From: Candidatus Sulfomarinibacteraceae bacterium
GTDB lineage: Bacteria; Acidobacteriota; Thermoanaerobaculia; Thermoanaerobaculales; Sulfomarinibacteraceae
Reading direction: 5' to 3'
DNA length: 64,000 bases
Assembly: GCA_963796455.1 (NCBI GenBank)
Contig: CAWCLO010000001.1
Location: 576,001-640,000 of the forward strand
Made by a program: the position numbers and the translations under genes. A model generated the notes under the pieces. It did not search any database. It saw only the letters and a program-made list of their open reading frames with translations, and was not told the DNA's origin. How positions within the stretch are numbered: the stretch's first letter is position 1; the number at the start of each line of letters is the position of its first letter. Below, piece by piece: positions 51,075 through 59,322 of this stretch.

Positions 51075-51246
51075 GTCACGACAGCGTAATCATATTGAGA
51101 CCCCTTCACTCCTTGTGAATCATTTCTCCACTCATTGAAATCGTAATCATTCCTAAATCGTTGACGAAAACAAAGATATAAAACATAGTTAACTGCTATC
51201 CATTGAATAATTGAACGTCTCTGCATATGACCAAAGTGACATAAGC

Positions 51247-51275
51247 TTGACAATCAATTTTGAGATTCATAGCTT
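51247..51275 (+). promoter_or_regulatory. Sigma70-type promoter candidate of cytochrome operon 2
   Basis: TTGACA-N17-TAGCTT within a ~200-bp AT-rich block. Confidence 0.55.
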
Positions 51276-51454
51276 AAGTAGGTGAGCACGAACTGTACCC
51301 CCGCGACGCTTCTCGTCCCATACGATTGAGCCCCTCTCAGTCGCCCCGGGCGGGCGGCACGAACTCCAAGAAAAACGGGCGGCCGCAGCCCGTTCTGTGT
51401 CGATTTTCAGACCCCGATGGGGTCTCAATTGTGTCGAAAAAAGGAGGAAGTGAA

Positions 51455-52342
51455 ATGAGAAGGAGCATCCTGCTGACCCTGGTCGGCGTGGTGTGCGCTC
51501 TGGCCCTTCCTGCGGCGGCTTCTGACGAATCGCCTTGTGCGGATTGTCACGACGAAGTCGCGGCGGAGATGGCCAATCAGATCCACATGCGCATCAAGGC
51601 TTTCGAGGTCTATGGTCGCCAGGTGGGTTGTGAGGGCTGCCACGGAGACGGGACCCAGCATATGGAAGAAGGGGATCCGGCCCTGATCCGGACCTTCAGC
51701 AACCCGGCGGATGATATCTCCGCGTGTCTCGATTGCCACTCGCTCAAGAATCAGGGCGAATGGGAAGCATCGACCCACGCGATGGAAAATATCACCTGCC
51801 TCGACTGTCACTCGATCCACGAGACGGTCAATCCGGTGAACTCGTGCAAAGATTGCCACCAGACGACCTATGCGCAGTTCCAGCTCCCCTCGCACCACCC
51901 GGTGCCTGAGGGCAAAATGGGGTGTGCGAGCTGCCACGATCCGCACGCGGCAACCGAGAATCAGCTCAACACCCACATGCGGCTCAATGACCTCTGCTAC
52001 ACCTGCCACCAGAACAAAGAGGGCCCGTTCATCTTCGAGCACGCCCCGGTGGTCGAGGACTGCAGCTTGTGTCATACACCGCACGGCGCAATCGCAAACA
52101 ACCTGTTGACCGCCAACGAGCCCACGCTCTGCCTGCAGTGCCACGAATTCCACTTCCATGCCGGGCTCCTCAGCCCCGAGGGTGAGTGGGAGGTTGGTGG
52201 TTCTGAGTTCGAGAACCCGGCCGGCGAACACAGCTTCAACCGCTCGTTCACCACCAAGTGCAGCCAGTGCCACTCCCAGGTCCACGGCAGCGACCTCCCG
52301 TCGCAGTCCACCGCGGGTGGCGGCCACGGCGGGGTTCGGTGA
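51455..52342 (+). CDS. Decaheme c-type cytochrome, DmsE/MtrA family
   Basis: AAGGAGG RBS, signal peptide, ten CxxCH, SHHPVPEG, GPFIFEHAPV, CHSQVHGS. Confidence 0.93.
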   Translation: MRRSILLTLVGVVCALALPAAASDESPCADCHDEVAAEMANQIHMRIKAFEVYGRQVGCEGCHGDGTQHMEEGDPALIRTFSNPADDISACLDCHSLKNQGEWEASTHAMENITCLDCHSIHETVNPVNSCKDCHQTTYAQFQLPSHHPVPEGKMGCASCHDPHAATENQLNTHMRLNDLCYTCHQNKEGPFIFEHAPVVEDCSLCHTPHGAIANNLLTANEPTLCLQCHEFHFHAGLLSPEGEWEVGGSEFENPAGEHSFNRSFTTKCSQCHSQVHGSDLPSQSTAGGGHGGVR

Positions 52343-52353
52343 AGGGGGTAGAA

Positions 52354-54588
52354 ATGAAAAACACTATTCGAATCATCCTGATCCTGACCCTCGCTTTGGT
52401 TCCGTTCCAGGCATCTGCCCAAGACGGTGACGAAGCTACCGCAGCGGACAACGGCAACCCCGGACCGTGGATCTTCAGTTTCTACGGCACCGAGTACGTC
52501 GTCCCGGGTTTCTGGGCCGCCGAAGGTGATGTGGAGAGCAAGGCCGAACTCGGCCTCTACGGCGCTTCGTCCGACGACTCGCCGGACATGGCTGCAGAGT
52601 TCTACGACACCGAGTCGGGTCCGACCCTCAATGCGACGGTCGCGTCCCACCAGAAATGGGGCAGCCTCTATTTCCAGGGCGCCTACCAGAGCAACAGCAC
52701 CAATTCCGGTGAGCTCAACTTCGATATCGGGCGGGTCTTTCGCTCCGACAACGAGTACGGCAGGTTTCTCCACCGGCTTGGTCACGATCCGATGGAAAAC
52801 CTCGAGGCGACATCCTTCAACGGCAAGGTGGTCTGGCACACGGACCTCAGCCCGGACCAGGATTACAACCTCAACTACACGAACTTCGAAAGCCGCAACG
52901 AGATCCAGCTGCCTTCGATCAAGGCCCTGACCCTCGGCGTCGGCTTCCGCGAGCAGGCGCGTGACGGCCACCGCCAGGCCTTCACGGTCTCGCACTGCGA
53001 CAACTGCCACATGTACAGCCAGGCCCACGTGCTCAACGAGAAAACCTCGGACGTGACTCTGGACGCCAAGGTCGCCTGGAAGGGTGGATACGCCAAGGCT
53101 GCATTCGACAGCCGGAGCCTCCGCTACGGCAACAACAACTCGGTGTATGTGCAGTATGACGACGCACTCCATCCAGAGTTGCAGGTGCCCGTCTTCAACA
53201 ACCGGCTCCAGTTCGACTCCGAGGTCGGTGCGATTCCGGCCGACCTGTGGCCTGACAGCGACAAAAACCGGACCCGGCTCGACCTGGTCTTCAACGACCT
53301 GGGCGGTTTCACTCTGACCGCCAACGGTGTCTGGTCCGAGACCGAAAACCGGAATGCCAACCTCAAATCCAACTACTCCGGGTATATCGCGACCCTGGCC
53401 AAGGGTTGGAAGAGCGGCTGGCGCTTCCGCTGGCGGGGCCGCGCCTATTCGATCGACAACGACGACATCTTCATCGATGTCAACGACCGTCCATCGATCG
53501 CGGGGCCGCATGTCGGACAGACCTACGAAGACGTCTACGGTCTTAACTTCGACCATGTCCGCAAGTCGGCGCTGAATCGTGATGCCTTCGAATCCAAAGC
53601 CGACGCGAGCTATCGCTTCGGCAAAAAGGCCGGGACGCTCCGCTTCATGTGGAACTATGACACCGTCGATCGCAAGAACTACGAGGTCATGCCCGGTAAA
53701 TCCGAAACCACCACCAACATGATCGGCGCCAACTGGCGCAGCCGGCCTGCAAAGGGCTTCCAGTTCGAAGCCAACCTGAAGTATGCCGACGTCAAGGACG
53801 CCTTCACGCTGATCAACGGTGCGTGTTCGACCCTGGTTTCGAGCTCATACCCGAATCCCTGGAACCCCGAGACGCCCCAGTACACCCAGTTCCACGAGGC
53901 ACGGACCGCCGAGACCACAGCGTCGGCTTCGAGCTGGGGCCGCGCCGATCTGCGGCTCGGCTACACCACCGGCAACACCACCATCTTCGGTAAGTACATC
54001 TACTACGATGGCAACAACAGCGATGGTGATCTGACCGACTGGTCGCGGACCTCCAACACCGCTCTGGTGACCGTGTGGTCGGCGCCCACCGAGAAGATCA
54101 ACCTCTATGGAACCTATACCTGGATGGATTCGGATCTCGGAGTTCCGGTCTGCATAGCCGTTTTCGATGGTTGAGCAGGCACGATTATGGGAGGCCAGGA
54201 TGGCTTCTCTCGTGACATGCTCGACTACAACTCCGAAAGCAATACCTTCATGGCCGGTGTGAAATACAAGAACAGCAAAAAGTTGGAGCTCGGAATCGAC
54301 TTCACGTGGATGGAGGCCAAGGCCGCTCTTGCGCCCTTCGATCTGTCGGCCGACGACTATGTCGAGACCCATCCGCCGATGTCTTACGATTTCTCGCAGA
54401 GTCACACCTACTCAGACATCAACAGCACCCGTACCGATGTCGAACTGTGGGGCACCTTCCGGTTTGCCACCGACTGGTGGGTCCGGCTGAGGTATCACAT
54501 GGTCGACTACAAGGATGACGCACCGTACCTCTACGATACGTCCGGAAGCTACACCTTTGCCGCCGCGGCGCTCGGCGTGGTCTTCTGA
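52354..54588 (+). CDS. MtrB/PioB-like outer-membrane beta-barrel with a CxxCH motif; probable selenoprotein (UGA 54172-54174 read as Sec607), 744 aa
   Basis: ORFs 52354-54174 and 54187-54588 share a frame and are separated by a single TGA. A hairpin follows the TGA. The OMP-type terminal Phe (LGVVF) and tandem TGA-TAA stop occur only in the read-through product. Confidence 0.8.
54175..54220 (+). promoter_or_regulatory. Bacterial SECIS-like stem-loop
   Basis: Lower stem CACGA/TCGTG, upper stem GGGAGGCC/GGCTTCTC with G-U pairs, apical loop AGGAU beginning after a 22-nt spacer from the UGA. Confidence 0.72.
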
Positions 54589-54606
54589 TAAGTCCTCGGT
54601 TATCTC

Positions 54607-54638
54607 AAAGGCCCCACCTTCGGGTGGGGCCTTTTTTT
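54607..54638 (+). terminator. Intrinsic terminator
   Basis: AAAGGCCCCACC-TTCG-GGTGGGGCC-T7. Confidence 0.9.
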
Positions 54639-55130
54639 GGCTTGGGGCTTGGGGCTTGGGCGAAAAGCTATGGGCTATGGGCTATGGGGTTTAAGCAACG
54701 AACTGCAGCCGTTAGCTTTCGTGCCTGTAGCCTATTTCGTGGAGCCGAGCCAAATGCAAAACGCCGGATCGTCAAGGAAAATGGGCGCCGTGTCACCGAC
54801 GGGGCACGGGCACGAGTTGGGATGCTCGGTGGCGACGCGAGACGGAGAAACCGCAGATCACGCAGATGAACGCAGATAACATCGAGCAGGGCTCCTGGTG
54901 GATCGGGGACTCTCGTCGCCACGTTCGCGGGATGTCGTGAGATGGAGTCTGCGAGCGCCGGAGGTGCGAAAGATTCATAGCCCGAGCCTCATGCCCCAAG
55001 CCCTTAGCTTCAGGCCTCAAGCCTCAGGCCTCAGGACTCAGGCCCCAAGTCATTGTGTCACCCGGACCCGGGGGCGCGTCGTACGGACTCGCAGGGCGCC
55101 AGCCGCACGCCCAGAAAGCTCGGTGTGAGC

Positions 55131-55145
55131 TGGCACGGGACTTGC
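55131..55145 (+). promoter_or_regulatory. Sigma54 (-24/-12) promoter
   Basis: TGGCACGGGACTTGC matches TGGCAC-N5-TTGC, about 48 bp before the ATG. Confidence 0.75.
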
Positions 55146-55192
55146 CATACCAGGGCAAAGGGTGGAACCAATCACCCACATTGGAGGTCATC

Positions 55193-56089
55193 ATGGAAAC
55201 CAGGAAGATTTTTATCGTTACGGTCGCCATTCTCTCGGCGGTCATCATCTTCGCAGTCGCCCAACCGGGGACTGCGCAACAGCGCCGCGCCGGAGATCAG
55301 ATCGGAGCCGAATGTGAAGGCGGGCTCAACGCTCTTTTCGATGAAATCGAAATAGTGCCCCTCACGACAGCCGACGAAACCGACATCATCTTTTTACGCG
55401 AGGAAGAAAAGCTCGCCCGCGATGTCTATATCACGCTGGGTGAACGTTGGCAGTTGCCGATCTTCCGCAATATCGCGCGCTCGGAACAGAAGCACATGGA
55501 TCTGGTGTTTCGACTCATTGAGACCTACGAGATGACCGACCCGGTCACGGATGACACCGTTGGCATCTTTACCGACCCCGGTCTGACGCAGCTCTATGGT
55601 GAGCTGGTTGCAAAAGGTGAAACCTCGACCATCGATGCGCTCGAGGTCGGCGCGATCATCGAGGACCTGGATCTGGCGGATCTCTACGAATTGATCGAGG
55701 ACACCGACAACCGTCACGTCCTGCTGGTTGCCAACAATCTCGCCAAAGGTTCGCGCAATCATCTGCGCGCGTTCATGCGGGCGCTCACTGCCCAGGGCGG
55801 GACCTACACACCGCAATACCTCGACCAGGAGACCTTTGACGCGATCGTCACCTCCGACTTCGAGCGCGGCGTGACCTACGATGCCGACGGCAATGCCCTC
55901 GAGGCCTGTGGCGGCGGCTCCCAGGGTTGGGGCATGCGACGCGGCCGGAACGGCGGCCAGGGCAACGGCCAACGTGGCGGCGACGGGTCCGGAGAATGCG
56001 ACGGTACCGGACCGCAGGGCAACGGGAATAACGGCGGACAGAATGGTACAACAACGGCGGCAACGGCGGCAACGGCGGCAACTGAATAG
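55193..56089 (+). CDS. DUF2202-like ferritin-fold exported protein with Gly-rich tail
   Basis: REEEKLARDVY, SEQKH, IEDLDLADL, GSRNHLRAF. GGAGG RBS. Confidence 0.85.
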   Translation: METRKIFIVTVAILSAVIIFAVAQPGTAQQRRAGDQIGAECEGGLNALFDEIEIVPLTTADETDIIFLREEEKLARDVYITLGERWQLPIFRNIARSEQKHMDLVFRLIETYEMTDPVTDDTVGIFTDPGLTQLYGELVAKGETSTIDALEVGAIIEDLDLADLYELIEDTDNRHVLLVANNLAKGSRNHLRAFMRALTAQGGTYTPQYLDQETFDAIVTSDFERGVTYDADGNALEACGGGSQGWGMRRGRNGGQGNGQRGGDGSGECDGTGPQGNGNNGGQNGTTTAATAATAATE

Positions 56090-56117
56090 ATCACGAGTCG
56101 AAATCAAGGAGCGAACA

Positions 56118-56573
56118 ATGGAAAATACAGCCGGGGCCATCTTGACAATCTTCAGCGCTGCGGCCCTCGTCCTGGCGACCACCGGTCTCGCCAGTGCCCA
56201 GGAAGCTGCACCGAATCCAGCCGGTGTCCAGACTCAAGCCAAGAAGGGTGACGGCAGCGGCTCGGTGCAGGGCGCTCAGAACCGAACCGGTACCGCTCCG
56301 AGACTCGGCCCCGCCGACGGTACCGGGCGCCAGGGGCTCGCACCACAGCACAGAACAGGCAACGGGTCCGCAGGCCGGATCGGCGCCGCTCAGGGCAAAG
56401 ATCAGGCAGCGCCAAATGGCATGGGCAATCGTGGACCCAACGAATCGGGCCAGAGAAACCTGACGAGAACCCGGTCGCGAAACCTCAACGGATCTGCACG
56501 AGGCACCTGCTCCGGGCCGGTTGGCCGGTCAGGGCGAGCTTCGGGCGGGTCTCGAGGCGGTGGCCGCCGATAG
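56118..56573 (+). CDS. Exported low-complexity Gly/Arg-rich hypothetical protein
   Basis: AAGGAG RBS, signal peptide, GPADGTG-like motifs, terminator directly downstream. Confidence 0.65.
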   Translation: MENTAGAILTIFSAAALVLATTGLASAQEAAPNPAGVQTQAKKGDGSGSVQGAQNRTGTAPRLGPADGTGRQGLAPQHRTGNGSAGRIGAAQGKDQAAPNGMGNRGPNESGQRNLTRTRSRNLNGSARGTCSGPVGRSGRASGGSRGGGRR

Positions 56574-56591
56574 ATCCCTCCCCTCGTCAGT

Positions 56592-56618
56592 GCCCCGCCA
56601 CCCGGCGGGGCTTTTTTT
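56592..56618 (+). terminator. Intrinsic terminator
   Basis: GCCCCGCC-ACCC-GGCGGGGC-T7. Confidence 0.88.
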
Positions 56619-56619
56619 C

Positions 56620-56785
56620 GGCTTGGAGCTTGGGCTACAGGCTATAGGCTATAGGCTATACCTATACGCTATACGCTATACGCTATAAGGATACAGGTTC
56701 TAGGCACTGAGCTATCGGGCGCTGGTCGTTGCGTATAGCGTATAGCCTACTGCGTTTGGCGTTTGGCGTTTGGCGTATAGCTTAT
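56620..56785. repeat. Composite heptamer arrays (GGCTATA)n, (CTATACG)n / inverted (GCGTATA)n, (TTTGGCG)n
   Basis: Read directly from the sequence. Confidence 0.85.
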
Positions 56786-56829
56786 CGCTCACCGCCCAGG
56801 TGGGTGGACGGCCCTCAGGCCCCAAGCCT

Positions 56830-58104
56830 CTATATCACCGTGCCATCCGGAATCACGCCATTCTTCTCCACCACCACGATGCCATCGCGAATCGCCCAAC
56901 CATCGCCATTGGCTTCGTTGACGCCATCGGTGTTCTGAATCGTGACATTGCGGCCGATGCGTGCGTTCTTGTCGATGATGGCATTGCTGATATCGCAGCC
57001 CTCGCCAATCCCTACCGGCGGCTCGCCGTACTCGGGCTCGGGATAGTAGTTGTCGACACCCATGATCAGAGTCCGACGGATTCTCGAACCACGAATCTGA
57101 CCGCGCAGACCGATAACCGATTCTTCGGCCTGGGTGCTTTCGACCCGCGATCCATCGCCCAACAAGACACGATCAAACTGGCAGCCGTGGAGGCGGGCGC
57201 CGGGAAGATATCTCGGCCGGGTGTAGATCGGCCAACTTCGGTCGTGGAAGGTGAAGGCTGGTTCTTTCTGGACCAGATCCATATGGGCGTCAAAAAAGGC
57301 GCGTATGGTCCCGATGTCGCGCCAGTATCCCTTGAAGAAGTGCGCCTGGACCTTGCTGCGGGAAATCTCAGCCGGGATGATGTCGCCACCGAAATCGACC
57401 AGATCATTGTCCAGTGCGGCGATCAGCGCTTTTTTGCGGAAGAGATACACGCCCATCGATGCGATGTAAGGCAGATCCGCCGCAACGCCGTTTGCCTCGA
57501 GCAGGGCGGGAGCGACCTCCATACCGGATCGCTGTTCGGGGGTGGCGGGTTTTTCGCGAAACTCGACGATTCGTCCCGAGTCATCGACCCTGGCCGCGCC
57601 AAATTCGGCGATCTCTGATTCTGAACACGGTTTGACGGCGATACTGATGTCGGCGCCCGCATCGAGGTGGTCATCGAGCAGTTGCCGATAGTCCATGCGA
57701 TACATATGGTCGCCGGAGAGGATGAGCACGTGATCGCCCTGGATCTGTTGGATGGTCTGCAGGTTCTGCCGGACCGCATCCGCGGTGCCCTGAAACCAGG
57801 TCTGAACGGTCGGAGTCTGCTGGGCAGCGAGGATCTGGACATAACCGGTCGAAAAGGCATCAAAACGGTAGGTACGTCCGATGTGGCGGTGCAGCGAAAC
57901 CGAGTTGAACTGGGTCAGAACGTACATCCGCTCCATGCCCGAGTTGATCGCATTCGAAATCGGAATGTCGATCAACCGGTATTTGCCGGCCACCGGCACC
58001 GCCGGTTTCGATCGACGCTGAGTCAGCGGGGCCAATCGTGATCCGCGCCCTCCGCCGAGGATGAGAACGGTGACATCGCGGTTTTTTTCTTCGACTGCGC
58101 TCAT
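56830..58104 (-). CDS. glgC: Glucose-1-phosphate adenylyltransferase
   Basis: GGGRGSRL, KPAVP, QFNSVSL, GTADAV, GYWRDIGT. Confidence 0.96.
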   Translation of the reverse strand: MSAVEEKNRDVTVLILGGGRGSRLAPLTQRRSKPAVPVAGKYRLIDIPISNAINSGMERMYVLTQFNSVSLHRHIGRTYRFDAFSTGYVQILAAQQTPTVQTWFQGTADAVRQNLQTIQQIQGDHVLILSGDHMYRMDYRQLLDDHLDAGADISIAVKPCSESEIAEFGAARVDDSGRIVEFREKPATPEQRSGMEVAPALLEANGVAADLPYIASMGVYLFRKKALIAALDNDLVDFGGDIIPAEISRSKVQAHFFKGYWRDIGTIRAFFDAHMDLVQKEPAFTFHDRSWPIYTRPRYLPGARLHGCQFDRVLLGDGSRVESTQAEESVIGLRGQIRGSRIRRTLIMGVDNYYPEPEYGEPPVGIGEGCDISNAIIDKNARIGRNVTIQNTDGVNEANGDGWAIRDGIVVVEKNGVIPDGTVI

Positions 58105-58170
58105 TTGTTTCTCCCGCTGTCTGTCTTCCGGTTAGTTTAGCCCGGATTGCCGTACTCGAGAAATACCTTC

Positions 58171-59322
58171 TCAAAACCCCGGATTATCGACACCACGTGA
58201 TCCGTAGCCCCAACCCAGAACCGCAACAATCAGCAGGACAAGTCCTCCATTACCCCAGAGCCGCGGCTTTTCGGAAGAGGTTTTGAGGTCCAGGAATTGG
58301 GTCATGAGTTGCTCTCTCGATGCGAGCGACCGCATGACACGCCGGCGCAGACGCGGGGATCCTTCGACCAACAACAGGAGATGGGCCATCGCCCTCGGCA
58401 GACGACCGGCCTTGCGGTGATTGGCGGCATAGAGAGAGAGATCTCCGGCCTGAATTGCCTCGACCACCGCGCTGGCGTGATGAAAGGCAAGTGACAGGCC
58501 CTCACCGGTGATCGGGTCGATGGAGCCGCCGGCGTCTCCAACCAGCGCGAGACGACCCTGAACCGGCCGCCGGCACCGTTGTTCCAGCGGGCCGGCGCCG
58601 CGGTCGCGCGATCTGGACGGTGCCCCGGCGAGGCGATCGGCAAGAGCGGGAAAACGCAGCAACAAATCGTCAAACCGGGACGTTTGACCGCTCCAGAGCA
58701 TGGCTACTCCGATTTCGGAGTCACTCACAGGGGTTACGTAGGCTTCGCAGCCGTCGCTCCAGTAGACCTCCACCAGGTCCGTCCACGGCGTGATCCCAAA
58801 GTGCCGCCGAACCGAGAAGCGGCGATGTCGAGTCGGGCGACCTTCGAGCCCCGCCCATCGACGAACCCTCGATTTTCTCCCGTCCGCGGCCACCAACCAT
58901 CTGGCTCGAACTCTCCCCTGATCCGTTTCGAATCCGTCCTCCCCCAACCCGCTGACGCGGACGCCCCATCGGAGGTCGGCTCCCAGATCGACCGCGCGCC
59001 GATACAGCGCTTCGTGCAGAACCGGACGTCTGATGCCATAACCACAGCTGCCGCGGAACCGACCCTCGGCGGTACCCGAGTCATCGATATAGCGGACACC
59101 ACGAAACGGGTGCGATGCCATCGAATCGAGGTCCACTCCACTTTGTTTCAGATGTTCGATCCCGTCCGGCATCACGCCCTCACCACACGGGCGGTCGATC
59201 GGCGCTCGAGCGGCCTCCAGGACCACGACCTCAAGGCCGGCCCGCCGGGCCTGGATCGCGGTCATCAGCCCGGCCGGCCCACCGCCGGCGATCACGAGAT
59301 CGGGCCGTTCAGCTCCGCCCAC
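58171..59322 (-). CDS. FAD-dependent oxidoreductase/monooxygenase (SrsC-like position)
   Basis: GGGPAG, PCGEG, AADG, LVGDAGGSIDPITGEG. Confidence 0.85.
   Translation of the reverse strand: MGGAERPDLVIAGGGPAGLMTAIQARRAGLEVVVLEAARAPIDRPCGEGVMPDGIEHLKQSGVDLDSMASHPFRGVRYIDDSGTAEGRFRGSCGYGIRRPVLHEALYRRAVDLGADLRWGVRVSGLGEDGFETDQGRVRARWLVAADGRKSRVRRWAGLEGRPTRHRRFSVRRHFGITPWTDLVEVYWSDGCEAYVTPVSDSEIGVAMLWSGQTSRFDDLLLRFPALADRLAGAPSRSRDRGAGPLEQRCRRPVQGRLALVGDAGGSIDPITGEGLSLAFHHASAVVEAIQAGDLSLYAANHRKAGRLPRAMAHLLLLVEGSPRLRRRVMRSLASREQLMTQFLDLKTSSEKPRLWGNGGLVLLIVAVLGWGYGSRGVDNPGF

Noticed and set aside
54187..54588. Separate 133-aa gene, or a nonsense-pseudogenised porin
   Set aside because: No SD or signal peptide for the small ORF. 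It is in frame with the upstream ORF, and the SECIS-like hairpin and nearby Cys favour Sec read-through.
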